A stretch of DNA of 64,000 nt from assembly GCA_003140175.1 (NCBI GenBank), contig PLJD01000077.1:29141-93140 (forward strand). The letters run 5' to 3'. The first letter of the stretch is position 1. Each line of letters begins with the position of its first letter. The translations under genes were made by a program, and so were the position numbers. Origin of the DNA: Actinomycetota bacterium. Its GTDB lineage: Bacteria > Actinomycetota > Acidimicrobiia > IMCC26256 > PALSA-555. Of the stretch, positions 1 through 9,022 are shown piece after piece. The notes beneath the pieces were generated by a model. That model was not told the origin of the DNA and ran no database searches. It worked only from the letters and a program-made list of their open reading frames with translations.

Positions 1-98
1 GTGGTAGCTGGCGCTCGTGGATGCGGCGAGCGTGAGCCGGGCGGGTTCGGTGATGATGCGCGAATGGTCGGTCTGTGCGTGGGTGATGGGTCGTAGTC

Positions 99-875
99 GT
101 GGCAGAGAGTGCTCTCAACGGGCAGGCTATGGCCATGCCCCATGACTCCGGCAGCCGACACGTCGTCATCCTGGCGCCCATGCCCCTTGAGATGAATGCC
201 ATCGTGACCGCCTTTGGGCTCAGCCCGATCAGCGAGGTAAAGGGGGCAGTCTGGACAGGCCGCGTCGGCAACTCGGACGTGACCGCCATCCACATCGGCA
301 TGGGACCACCGTTGACCCGGGCGGCGACTTTGCGCTTGTTCGACGAGACAGTGCCGGGCTCTGTGCCCGTCGAGCATGTGATGATCGCTGGCATCTGCGG
401 CGGTCTCGATGCTGACCTTGAGGTCGGCACGCTGATCAATCCCGAAATCGTCATCGAACACGCGAGTGGCGCCACCTACCGGCACACCCCGCCTGGGGAT
501 GCACCCCAGGCCGGCAAGCTCATCACCACCGAAGGGGTGAGTCTCGATCTCGAGCTGAGCCGGCGCTTCTTGAACGACGGCTGCCTCGGGGTCGACATGG
601 AGTCTTCGGCGGTCGCCGAGGTGTGCGAGGCGCAGGGTTGTCGGTGGTCGGTCTACCGCTGCATCGGCGACCGGCACTTCGACGGCTTGCTCGATGAACG
701 GATCGTCGCGCTGACCAACCCCGACGGTTCAGGGAACCCGGCCGAGATCGAGCGGCTCATCGCTGGCGAACCCGAGCTGGTCGCGAAGCTCGAGCGCCTG
801 AGCCACGACACGGCCCGGGCTGCGCGTCTGGCGGCCGAGGCAGCGGTCCGGGGCTGCCTCGCCCTCGATGCCTGA
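99..875 (+). CDS. Nucleoside phosphorylase/nucleosidase-fold protein (PNP_UDP_1 superfamily, MTA/SAH-nucleosidase-like)
   Basis: 258-aa ORF. The strings VVILAPMPLE, HIGMGPP, IAGICGG and GVDMESSAVAEV fit the phosphorylase fold. It aligns by eye over its whole length with ORF 24282-25004. Start is ambiguous (GTG 99, ATG 129 or 135). Confidence 0.75.
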   Translation: MAESALNGQAMAMPHDSGSRHVVILAPMPLEMNAIVTAFGLSPISEVKGAVWTGRVGNSDVTAIHIGMGPPLTRAATLRLFDETVPGSVPVEHVMIAGICGGLDADLEVGTLINPEIVIEHASGATYRHTPPGDAPQAGKLITTEGVSLDLELSRRFLNDGCLGVDMESSAVAEVCEAQGCRWSVYRCIGDRHFDGLLDERIVALTNPDGSGNPAEIERLIAGEPELVAKLERLSHDTARAARLAAEAAVRGCLALDA

Positions 876-1441
876 AGGAGTGATCCTCCCGGAAGCTGGG
901 GCACCGTCGGGCACGAGAGTGAACCCGTACGTACGCCTGGCGACACGGCTGCTACCGCCCAAGGCTCCGACCGGCGGGTACCGGCGTTCGCTCCGCGGGT
1001 GGTCCGTTGGGGAGCCCTCGTGGAGGACAGATCCATATACGGCGACGACCAGGAACCACAGCAACTCGATCGCCAAGAAGGCGCTTTTTCGCGGAGGCCG
1101 CCGAGGGAATGCGGGCTGAGGTGCACCCGGCCAAGCAGGACGAGGGGGACGAGCGCGATCCAGGAATGGCCAGCGATCTCGGATCAGACGAGTTCAAAGC
1201 AGTCCAAGCCCGCGGTGTTCATCTCGGCTACGACGCGCTCATCGACTACGTGCTCTCCGAACTCGACGGCCTGACCGACCGCTTCTGACACAGGTGGCTG
1301 GCCATAATCGTGCGCGGCGGCGGCCAACCACATCTACCCAGGCGTGCCGACGCAATGTGTCCCCCTTGCCGCGCGAGCAGGTTTTATGTGTCGGTGTTGG
1401 GAGGCGACGCCATGGGATTGGCACTCCATCGTCGAACTTGG

Positions 1442-2329
1442 CTACGTCTTGAGTTCCCCGCGTGCGAGCAGGTCGACCGGGTCCTGGAGGCGCACCATCC
1501 CGAGGTAGCCGCCGCCCCGGGGGATGCTGTCGTGCATGCCGTAGCCGAGGAGCTCTTGGGCTTTGCGGGGCAGCGTGGCGGCGACCCGGGGGGGTACCGA
1601 CAGCACGTTGTTTTCCTCGGTGCGTAGCCAGCCGAGGCAATAGGAGAGGTGCGCGCCCCGCCGGGGGAGGTCGGTGCTGTTCGCGCCGCCGGCGTGGATC
1701 GTGCCGCCCGTGTAGACGACCGCCGAGCCTGCCGGCATCGCCGCGTAGGCGATCTGGTCTGGTGTGGGCGGGGCGTGCGTCATCTGCTCGGCCGGCAGCA
1801 GCTGGCGGTCCGCCCATCGGTGGCTGCCCGGAACCACCCGGGTCGCCCCGTTCTCGCGCGTGAAGTCAACCAAGGCGATCACCGACGCCAGCTGGACGTC
1901 GGGGTGCGGTTGGGGGAGATCGCTCCACACCGCCTCGTCGCGGTGCAGCCACTGCTCCTCGGCGCCCGGGCCCCGCTGGAGGAGGTGCCCGAGGTTGAGC
2001 TGATAGCGGGCGCACGTCGGAAGCAGGATGCGGTCACAGAGGGCGAGCAGCAGTGGGTGACACATCACCTCGGTCGCGAAGGTGGGGGAGATGCCGGGGA
2101 CGCCGGTGACCTGTTTGGTATGGGGCCCGTGGAAGGCCTGCATGATCGGGTTGAAAAGCTCCTCCTGCGGGTCGGCCTCGGCGATGGCCGTCTCGACATC
2201 AGCGTTGACCCGGTCGACGACGTTCGGCGGGAGCAGGCCCTCGACGACGGCGACGCCATCGCGCTCGATTGCTATGCCGATCGCCTCCGGGTCGCTGGCC
2301 GGGCCGAAGCGCTCGATGGTCGCGCTCAT
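1442..2329 (-). CDS. Phytanoyl-CoA dioxygenase (PhyH) family Fe(II)/2-oxoglutarate oxygenase
   Basis: Track ORF 1442-2788 trimmed to ATG 2329 (MSATIERF...), which is preceded by GAGGAG. The strings WLHRDE, VVPGSHRW and GTIHAGGAN are typical of PhyH. The 153 upstream codons are Arg/Pro-rich read-through. Confidence 0.85.
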   Translation of the reverse strand: MSATIERFGPASDPEAIGIAIERDGVAVVEGLLPPNVVDRVNADVETAIAEADPQEELFNPIMQAFHGPHTKQVTGVPGISPTFATEVMCHPLLLALCDRILLPTCARYQLNLGHLLQRGPGAEEQWLHRDEAVWSDLPQPHPDVQLASVIALVDFTRENGATRVVPGSHRWADRQLLPAEQMTHAPPTPDQIAYAAMPAGSAVVYTGGTIHAGGANSTDLPRRGAHLSYCLGWLRTEENNVLSVPPRVAATLPRKAQELLGYGMHDSIPRGGGYLGMVRLQDPVDLLARGELKT

Positions 2330-2690
2330 CACGTCTCCTCGCCGATCGCCTGCGAGCATGCTAGTGAGGGGTCGGCATCGCCGCCGGCGGTGTGGTCGGG
2401 GCATCATGCCCGTGGACGGGCTCGTCACCGCCGGGTCTCGGGTCTGGTCTGGTGACGGCAGTTGAGCGACCCATCTCGCGCGCGAGCCGATCGGTGGTTT
2501 GTGAGATGGTTTGGCGCGGTGGCCTCGCACAACCCGGATCGGGGTGAACTGGCAATCGGGCACTCCGAAGCGCCTCGCGTCCTCGATCTCACCTCGGTCG
2601 AAGCGAACCACAGGCAACTCCCGCGCTGGCAAGCGATGGATCGCGATCACCAGCGATCGGCGGAACGTAACATTGAGCGCGTGCCACCGG

Positions 2691-3040
2691 ATGCTGCTCG
2701 CACGCGGCGCAAGCATCCTGGATGCCGCCGCTCGTGCGTTTGCCGAGGATGGCGTATTCAACGCGTCGCTCATCGAGATCACGCGCAAGGCCGGCCAGCG
2801 AAACCGGGGTGCGCTGCACTACCACTTCGGATCTCGCGATGGTGCCTGTGCGCGGTCCTCGAGCGTCACGTCGCCTTCCTCGCGCGCCGGGAAGGTGAGC
2901 TCCTCGAGACCGCCTGGCATGGCCCGGATAACGATGTCGCGGTCGTGGTCGAAGCCATCGTGCGCGACGACTTCGTCTGGCGGGCTCGGGTTCGAGCCGA
3001 GTTGGACAATCCGCGCGCTGCGGTGACGTGGGGAATGCAA
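2691..3040 (+). pseudogene. TetR-family regulator, frame-disrupted and C-terminally truncated
   Basis: From ATG 2691, ILDAAARAFAEDGVFNASLIEITRKAGQRNRGALHYHFGSRDG is a TetR HTH. The plausible continuation (LCAVLERHVAFLARREGELLE...) exists only in another frame after ~2845. No recognisable ligand-binding half follows. Confidence 0.45.
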
Positions 3041-3056
3041 CGCTCGACGTCGTTCG

Positions 3057-3188
3057 AACCAGACTCGGCCCATCGAATTCGAAGAATCCCTCGCCCGTGG
3101 TGCGACCATGACGTTGGAACAGGCCGTCGACGACGCCCTCGAGCTCCTCGCTGCACTCCTCACGACCACCTGCTAGCCCACGAGTCAA
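3057..3188 (-). pseudogene. Possible C-terminal fragment of a 3-hydroxyacyl-CoA dehydrogenase
   Basis: VVDGLFQRHGRTTGEGFFEFDG resembles the conserved C-terminal ...G.LGRKTG.GFY.Y motif of HBD/FadB enzymes. Only ~40 codons remain and nothing recognisable lies upstream. Confidence 0.2.
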
Positions 3189-3337
3189 TAGCCGGCGCGG
3201 CTCGCTCGTGGCACGGGCGCTACCGAATCGGCATCGCGCATCGGTACCCTCAGATCGACCAGCGACGCTATGGTCCTGTCGTCCGGTCGAGGCTGAGCGC
3301 GTCAGTCACCTGGCACGGGACGGATCAGGGGGCCCGA

Positions 3338-3583
3338 ATGGCCAACAAGGCGTCCCGACGAGGCCGGTTCGACGCGGAGCAGCGCGAGTTGGTCGCGCTC
3401 GCCGACTCGTTGGCCGAGGAGCAGTGGCGGCGGCCACCGTCGCTGTGCGACCGATGGACGGTCCGTGACGTCGTCATCCACACGGCATGGCATATCCGCC
3501 TCGAGCTGCGCAAGCTCTGCAGCGAGAACGCGGCGGCGCTGCACCGTCACCGCCTGCCCGCACCCGTCCCGCCCCTTAGCTAG
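3338..3583 (+). pseudogene. DinB/mycothiol maleylpyruvate isomerase N-terminal domain fragment
   Basis: From ATG 3338, FDAEQRELVALADSLAEEQWRRPPSLCDRWTVRDVVIHTAWH matches the MDMPI_N/DinB-like N-terminal helix pattern. The ORF stops after 81 aa, whereas family members are ~200+ aa. Confidence 0.35.
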
Positions 3584-3594
3584 GAGATACCCCG

Positions 3595-4329
3595 ATGGAC
3601 TTCACCCCCACTCCCGAGAAGCTGTTCCCCGACCTGTCGCTTCGCGAGGAGCTCGTGGTGCTGGCCCGCACCCTGTGGCGCGAGGGCTACAACGACCACC
3701 TCGCCGGGCACATCACCTGCAACCTCGGTGACGGCACACTGCTATGCAACCCGTGGCTGCTCACCTGGGCCGAGGTCCGCCCGCACCAGGTGCTGCGTAT
3801 CGACCTCACCGGAAGGGTCGTCGAAGGCGACTGGCCCGTGCCCCTCGGTATTCCGCTGCATCTCGCGTTGCACCAGCTGCGTACCGACGTCACCTGGGCG
3901 GTGCACCACCACCCCCTCTACGGCACCGTCTGGGCCGACATGGGTGAGATCCCCCCGATCCTGGACCAGAGCTCCTCGCTGGGCGGCGGCGAGCTGGTCC
4001 TCGTCGATGAGTACAGCGGCCCCGTCAACGACCCGGCCAGCGCCCGCCGAGCCGTCGAAACGATGGGGGATGCCACCGCGGCGCTCCTCGCCGGGCACGG
4101 CGTCTTCGTCCTCGGAGGCTCAGCCCGCGCCGTCCACCAACGTGCGGTCGCGCTCGAGCAGCGCTGCCAGCACGCCTGGCACGTATGCGCGGCCGGCCGC
4201 GAGACCAAGTCCCTCCTGCCGAGGGAGTTCCTCAACAACATTGCTGCCAGCGACGGCGAGGGCTTCCTCGGGTTCTGGGAAGCAGCCGTCCGGGCCGAGC
4301 TGCGCGCTGACCCTCAGCTCCTCGACTGA
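3595..4329 (+). CDS. Class II aldolase/adducin family protein
   Basis: 244-aa ORF. The strings GYNDHLAGHITC, HLALH, AVHHHP and LLAGHGVFVLG fit the metal-dependent class II aldolase fold. Confidence 0.85.
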   Translation: MDFTPTPEKLFPDLSLREELVVLARTLWREGYNDHLAGHITCNLGDGTLLCNPWLLTWAEVRPHQVLRIDLTGRVVEGDWPVPLGIPLHLALHQLRTDVTWAVHHHPLYGTVWADMGEIPPILDQSSSLGGGELVLVDEYSGPVNDPASARRAVETMGDATAALLAGHGVFVLGGSARAVHQRAVALEQRCQHAWHVCAAGRETKSLLPREFLNNIAASDGEGFLGFWEAAVRAELRADPQLLD

Positions 4330-4397
4330 GTCGTGAACGGTCACCCGCGCCGCACTGCGAACCTGCGAGCCAGCCGGGGCAACCTGGGCCCGGCGCC

Positions 4398-4560
4398 TCG
4401 ATCCCAGGTATCCGCAGCGAGCCGTACAGTTCTGCCTACTGCGCCTCCAACGGCGGCGTGCTGCCCCTCCTGAAGACGCTGGCCGTGGAGCTGGCTGCGG
4501 ACGGCCTCGGCGTGAACTGCGTTCGCCCTGGAGGTGTCGATACCCCGCGATACCAAGACG
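4398..4560 (+). pseudogene. Short-chain dehydrogenase/reductase internal fragment
   Basis: SIPGIRSEPYSSAYCASNGGVLPLLKTLAVELAADGLGVNCVRPGGVDTP is the SDR active-site segment through the PG..TP segment. Asn replaces the catalytic Lys of YxxxK. There is no Rossmann N-terminus, and the 3' end runs into the convergent SRPBCC gene. Confidence 0.5.
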
Positions 4561-4580
4561 CGGCCGCCTCGCCCACGACA

Positions 4581-5063
4581 TTACGCAACCTGCCGGATCG
4601 TCGCGGTCAGCTTGTCGAGCACCATGGCCCAGCCTGGTCCTACGTTCTCGGCCACCTGGGGCATCGCGGCCTGCAGCGTGTCGAGCTGCTCGTGGACGAG
4701 CGTGAGGGTTGTGGCGCCGTCCGGCGCCTCGCCCAGCGTGATCGTCAGGAGCGAGTCGTAGGCGGGGCCGTCGGTCCTCTCCGGGCCGACGAATCCCCAG
4801 CGGAATACGATGCGCTGGTCTGCGACGAGCTCGAGAAGCTCGCATTCGAAGCCGCCGACGTCGCCGGCTTCGGTCCCCTGCCAGACTCGGTAGTGGCCGC
4901 CGACGCGCTCGTCGATCTCGACCCGCGTCACCCGCAGCCCTCCGGGTGCGAGCCAGCGTCGCAGCAAGTTGGGTTCGAGCCACGCCCGATAGACCTGGTT
5001 CGGCGGGGCGGGGATGACGCGCTGCAGTCGAACGACTGATAGTGGTGAGGTTGCAGGGGTCAC
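4581..5063 (-). CDS. SRPBCC/AHSA1 (activator of Hsp90 ATPase homolog 1-like) family protein
   Basis: Contains RVIPAPPNQVYRAWLEP...GGHYRVW...RIVFRWGF...TTLTLVHEQL. The proposed GTG start at 5063 overlaps the upstream ArsR stop (GTGA). Confidence 0.8.
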   Translation of the reverse strand: MTPATSPLSVVRLQRVIPAPPNQVYRAWLEPNLLRRWLAPGGLRVTRVEIDERVGGHYRVWQGTEAGDVGGFECELLELVADQRIVFRWGFVGPERTDGPAYDSLLTITLGEAPDGATTLTLVHEQLDTLQAAMPQVAENVGPGWAMVLDKLTATIRQVA

Positions 5064-5443
5064 TGGTCCTGCTTTCTGAGGGTGGAGTCGACGGGGAAGA
5101 GGCCCGCAAGGGCGTCGAGCCGCTCCTCCCAGTAACGCTCGTAGAAGCGCAGCCAGGCGGATGCGGGGGCGAGCGGCATCGCGTCGAGGCGGCACACGTG
5201 TTGGCGGCCCGCGATCGTTTGCCGGACGAGACCGACCCGTTCGAGCACCTTGATGTGCTTTGAGGCGGCTGCCAACGTCATCGTCAACGGCTCGCCGAGC
5301 TCACCAACCGTTAATTCGTGCTCGGCGAGCCGGCCGAGCATGTCCCGTCGGGCGCCGCTGGCGAGCGCGTGAAAGACCGCGTCCATCTCTGCTGTTTGAT
5401 CAACCATATGGTTGAGGATATCTCGTTGCTTCGTGTCTGTCAA
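5060..5443 (-). CDS. ArsR/SmtB family transcriptional regulator
   Basis: Contains VFHALASGARRDMLGRLAEHELTVGELGEPLTMTLAAASKHIKVLERVGLV (winged HTH). Start is either TTG 5443 or ATG 5407. Confidence 0.85.
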   Translation of the reverse strand: MTDTKQRDILNHMVDQTAEMDAVFHALASGARRDMLGRLAEHELTVGELGEPLTMTLAAASKHIKVLERVGLVRQTIAGRQHVCRLDAMPLAPASAWLRFYERYWEERLDALAGLFPVDSTLRKQDQ

Positions 5444-5455
5444 CCGTTTGGTTGA
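5400..5455. promoter_or_regulatory. Two copies of the palindrome TCAACC-N4-GGTTGA (candidate ArsR operators)
   Basis: TCAACCATATGGTTGA lies at 5400-5415 and TCAACCGTTTGGTTGA at 5440-5455, 40 bp centre to centre. Both sit at or just upstream of the ArsR start in a locally AT-richer stretch. Confidence 0.55.
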
Positions 5456-5461
5456 GGTTTG

Positions 5462-5678
5462 CGGTCGTCGGCACCGCCCTGTACTCGGCGCTGCTCCGCG
5501 CCTTGGAGGGCAGGATGTTCATCGTTGCTACCCCGGGGTAGCCATCCCAAACCCAACGTCCGTCGCTCTTCACGAGCGCTTCGGGTTCACCCGGGTCGGC
5601 TATTTCACCGAGCAGGGCTGCAAGTTCGACCGCTGTTGGGATGTGGCGTGGTTCGAGAAGCCGATGAGCGACTCATGA
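5462..5678 (+). pseudogene. GNAT (phosphinothricin N-acetyltransferase-like) C-terminal remnant, frame-disrupted
   Basis: GTALYSALLRALEGRMFIVATPG* is in one frame and GVAIPNPTSVALHERFGFTRVGYFTEQGCKFDRCWDVAWFE in the -1 frame. The junction falls at CCCCGGGG (5531-5538). The N-terminal half of the domain is absent. Confidence 0.5.
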
Positions 5679-5843
5679 CCTGCGAGCGTCCCGCGAGCCG
5701 CGCTGCGCGCTCCACCGGTGCAGTCGTGAACGACAGTTGGGTACCTGCCCTCTACGAATCGGTCAACGACGAGGCCCGCGTGGCCCGGCCCGCTCATGGC
5801 GGCGGTCACGTCCACCGGCGCCACCGTGCCGCTCCCTGTCGGG

Positions 5844-6860
5844 TTACGGCTTGGCGAGCGTGAGGGTGAGGATCGTGTCGACGGGCACGCTGGTCGATCC
5901 TTGGCCGCCGACGAGGTATCCAGTGCCGCCGATCACGACCGCAGCGGCGTCGGACAGCGGTGTCGGGAGCGTCCCGGCGGGCGTGACCGTGCCCGCCGGC
6001 AGCTCGACGCGCAGCACCTGCGGGGAGATGACGTTGTTCACGAACCCGCCGAACAGGTACACGGAGCCGCCGAGGATCGCCGCGGTGGCGTGCGACAGGG
6101 GCGCCGGAAGCTGACCGATGACCTGCGTGGTCTGGGTCGCCGGGTCGTAGCGCTGGATCGCGGTCGTGTCCATGCCCTGCGCGGTGGTGACGCCGCCGAA
6201 CAGGTAGACGGCGCCGTTCACGACCGCGACGGCCGGGTACCGGACCGGCATGGCGAGCGAGCCGGCGGCTCGCCACGTGGAGCCGTTGCTGCTGCTGGCT
6301 TCGACCGAGGTGTACAGGTGCGTCGCCTCCTCGCCCCCGCCGAGCGCGTAGATCGTGGTGCCGACGAGCGCAGCGACGTGGTCGGCGCGGGGTACGGCCA
6401 CGTTACCGACGGCCTGGCTGGCGCCGCCGGTCGGTGAGACGGCCTGCACGGTGCTGCGCTGCGGTGGCGTCCCGTCGCCACCGCCGATGACGAGGTAGCG
6501 GCCGCCCACGTACACACCCGCGGAGTCGTGCACCGGGAAACTTAACGGGCCGAGGGGGCGTGTCCTCCCCGAGGCGGGGTCAATGGTAGTGACGGTCGGC
6601 GTCGAGTTCTTCGACGCATCGAGCCCGCCGAGCGCGACGAGCTGGTGACCGTCGGTCAGCAGCACCTCGCGGGACACCGGCGCCGGCAGCCGGAACGGCG
6701 CCACCGCGATCTGCAGCGTGCCGGTGGATGGGGCCACGGTCGTGGCGGCGCTCGACGACGTCGACGGCTGCGACGAGGTGCTGGGCGCGCCGCCACACGA
6801 GGCGGTGACGACAGCGACGAGGAGTGCCGGCGCGAGCGGACGGAGGCGAGATTTGGGCAC
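5844..6860 (-). CDS. Secreted Kelch-repeat beta-propeller protein (possible lipoprotein)
   Basis: N-terminal signal peptide ending VVTASCGG. Repeated units ...YLxGG / YALGG / YLFGG with intervening P..R/H motifs, typical of Kelch blades. Confidence 0.75.
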   Translation of the reverse strand: MPKSRLRPLAPALLVAVVTASCGGAPSTSSQPSTSSSAATTVAPSTGTLQIAVAPFRLPAPVSREVLLTDGHQLVALGGLDASKNSTPTVTTIDPASGRTRPLGPLSFPVHDSAGVYVGGRYLVIGGGDGTPPQRSTVQAVSPTGGASQAVGNVAVPRADHVAALVGTTIYALGGGEEATHLYTSVEASSSNGSTWRAAGSLAMPVRYPAVAVVNGAVYLFGGVTTAQGMDTTAIQRYDPATQTTQVIGQLPAPLSHATAAILGGSVYLFGGFVNNVISPQVLRVELPAGTVTPAGTLPTPLSDAAAVVIGGTGYLVGGQGSTSVPVDTILTLTLAKP

Positions 6861-6984
6861 GGCGGTACGCTACCGAGTCCCGCGGTCCGGCTGGCACCGG
6901 TCCTCGTCGCCGCCGGTGGTCCGGGTCCGCGACCGAGGTGACACCGGTGAGAGGGAACGTCCGCCACGACGCGACCCTCGTGTG

Positions 6985-7110
6985 AGCACCGAGCACGGCC
7001 TGCGGCCGGTGACGATCCGCAAGATCCACGACGCGGCGCGCGGCGCGTCCCGTCAGGCCGCGCGCTGGGGCCTGGTCGCGAAGAACGTGGCCGCGCACGC
7101 CTCGCGCCGG
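6985..7110 (+). pseudogene. Tyrosine-recombinase (phage integrase) N-terminal SAM-like domain fragment
   Basis: GLRPVTIRKIHDAARGASRQAARWGLVAKNVAAHAS resembles the ...TI.KIH..L...L..AVRWGLI..NPA... helix pair of integrases. No catalytic domain follows. Confidence 0.35.
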
Positions 7111-7268
7111 CGATCCGGCGCGCTGAGATCCGCGTGCCATCGCCACCCGAGGTCACAGGTTCATCGCCGAGGCCACGGAGCCCTTCGCAATGGTCAGGTG
7201 GGCGTGTGCTTCCCATCCGGTAGCCAAACTGTTACCGTAACGGCATCGTTACTGATCTGGGAGGCTTC

Positions 7269-7598
7269 ATGGCTGTCACCGTGGTGCGCTACAAGACCAA
7301 GCCGGACCGTGCCGACGAGAACGAGGCCTTCATCGGGGAGGTCTTCGCCGAGCTCGACGCCGAGCGCCCGGACGGTCTTCGGTACATGACCTTCCGTCTC
7401 GCGGATGGGGTGAGCTTCGTGCACGTCGCCTCGATTGAGGCCCTCGACGGAGCGAACCCGTTGGCGGCCACGCTGGCGTTCGGAGCATTCCAACGAGAGA
7501 TCGCAGACCGTTGCGAGGAAGGTCCACTCGTCATGGACGCAACTGTTGTCGGCTCCTACAGGTTCCCGACGACGCCGACCGCGAGGAGACCTGACTGA
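7269..7598 (+). CDS. Small alpha+beta (ABM/Dabb-like) protein, function unknown
   Basis: 109-aa ORF with GGGAGG 6 nt upstream of the ATG. Coding-like composition. The size and the pattern MAVTVVRYKTKP...FVHVA suggest an ABM-type fold. Confidence 0.55.
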   Translation: MAVTVVRYKTKPDRADENEAFIGEVFAELDAERPDGLRYMTFRLADGVSFVHVASIEALDGANPLAATLAFGAFQREIADRCEEGPLVMDATVVGSYRFPTTPTARRPD

Positions 7599-7697
7599 TG
7601 TCGACCGGACCCACGAGGGCGACTGGGATTGGGTGCCGTGCCCGACCCTGATGGAACCCGCGGCCAACTCACACCAGCGGAAGACGGACGACCCGAA

Positions 7698-7832
7698 TTC
7701 GAGATGCGAGGAGGGTTCACCGGTCCGTTGCCCGGTTTGACCTGGCGCTCGATGCCCGACCTCGCGCCCTCGTTCGAACAGTTCCTCGCTGCGCTCGGGG
7801 TACGAGTCGAGCAGGCAACCCGGGACGCGTGA
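7698..7832 (+). pseudogene. SRPBCC-family C-terminal fragment
   Basis: FEMRGGFTGPLPGLTWRSMPDLAPSFEQFLAALGVRVEQ aligns with the C-terminus of ORF 43850-44275 (FAMREEYTGGFLPLIWRSMPDLGPSFRQFADGLKQRAE). The rest of the domain is missing. Confidence 0.4.
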
Positions 7833-7838
7833 GGGACC

Positions 7839-8249
7839 ATGGCTGCGAGCGCACCGGCTGGCGATCCGTTCGAAGCGTTGGGCGACCCGAATCGGCGGGC
7901 GATCGTCGAGCTGCTGAGCACCGAAGGCAGATCGGTGCAAGAGCTCGCCGACGCGCTCCCGATCAGCCGCCCGGCAGTGTCCCGACATCTCCGGCTACTC
8001 AAAGAAGCGGGCCTGGTCGTCGAGGAACCGATGGGCACGCGCCGGATCTACCAACTGCAAGACCACGGCATCGAAGCGGTGCAGGCCTATCTCACCCGCG
8101 TCTGGGGTGATGCCGTTGCCCGCTTTCGGCTGACTGCCGAGAACACCACCCCTGCTCACCCCGGAGCGCCGGAGGGCCAACCGCGGAACAAAGTCGCGAC
8201 GTCATCGTCACGGCGGCGTAACACCACAAAGCAATCGGATCGACCGTGA
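7839..8249 (+). CDS. ArsR/SmtB family transcriptional regulator
   Basis: Contains FEALGDPNRRAIVELLSTEGRSVQELADALPISRPAVSRHLRLLKEAGLV. Its stop overlaps the next start (GTGA). Confidence 0.85.
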   Translation: MAASAPAGDPFEALGDPNRRAIVELLSTEGRSVQELADALPISRPAVSRHLRLLKEAGLVVEEPMGTRRIYQLQDHGIEAVQAYLTRVWGDAVARFRLTAENTTPAHPGAPEGQPRNKVATSSSRRRNTTKQSDRP

Positions 8250-8724
8250 TAGAGCCACTCCGGTTGAGCTACGAGATCGACTGCCCGGCCGAGCACGCCT
8301 TCGACGTTTGGACGACGCGCCTGTCCATGTGGTGGCCGAAAGGCCATTCCGCGTCCGGCGATCCCGACACCCTCGTCGTGCTCGAGCCTCGCCTTGGGGC
8401 CGGATCTTCGAACGGACACCGGACGGTACCGAGCTCGACTGGGGCGCGATCACGCTCTGGAGTCCACCAACCCGCGTCGGCTACCTGTGGCACATCCAAC
8501 GTGATCGCCGCGACGCCACCGACGTCGAGCTGACCTTCGTCGATGTCGGAAATGGCCGGACTCGACTCGACATCGTGCACGCCGGATGGGAACGCCTCGG
8601 CGCCGAAGCCCTCGCCTGGCGTGACGCCAACACCGACGGCTGGGACTCGTTGATCCCCCGATACGTCGAGGCGGCGGAAGAGCGCCGCGGGCCACCGTCA
8701 GATCTCGACCCTGTAAGAGAGTGA
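8246..8724 (+). pseudogene. SRPBCC/AHSA1-like protein with a single frame disruption
   Basis: The N-terminal part (IEPLRLSYEIDCPAEHAFDVWTTRLSMWWPKGH...LVVLEPRLG) is in one frame. The remainder (RIFERTPDGTELDWGAITLWSPP...WDSLIPRYVEAA) is in the next. The junction lies at the GGGG run 8396-8399. Confidence 0.6.
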
Positions 8725-9022
8725 CGAGTGCCCACCGCTGCGGCCGTGCGGAGTCAGGTCGAGCAGGCTCCCGGTGGCGCAAAGCGGGCCCGAGACCAGT
8801 CCCGTAGGTGCCACCCACCACAGACAACATTCTGCGGGGCGTGCGCACTGGTGGACGCCGGGGCGAGCTCAGGTCCGTGAGAGTTCGTGCTCTGCGTAAG
8901 CCTCCGTCCCGCCTGGCCGCGGGCGATCTGATCGTCCTCGGCGTGGCGGGAACGTCCCGGGTTCGAGCACGTGTCCCGCGGTCGCCGATACTCATGGCGG
9001 GTACCCCGACCCCGGAGGCATC

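Noticed and set aside
876-1441. Possible gene between the phosphorylase-like and PhyH genes (for example the 93-aa ORF 1007-1288)
   Set aside because: Only the last ~40 codons look protein-like, there is no RBS and no family recognised. It may be another fragment, but I cannot support a call.
8925-8975. tRNA-like GGGTTCGAGC string upstream of the MMPL gene
   Set aside because: The flanks cannot form a T-arm or acceptor stem, and there is no anticodon arm or CCA-proximal pairing. I found no convincing tRNA anywhere in the window.
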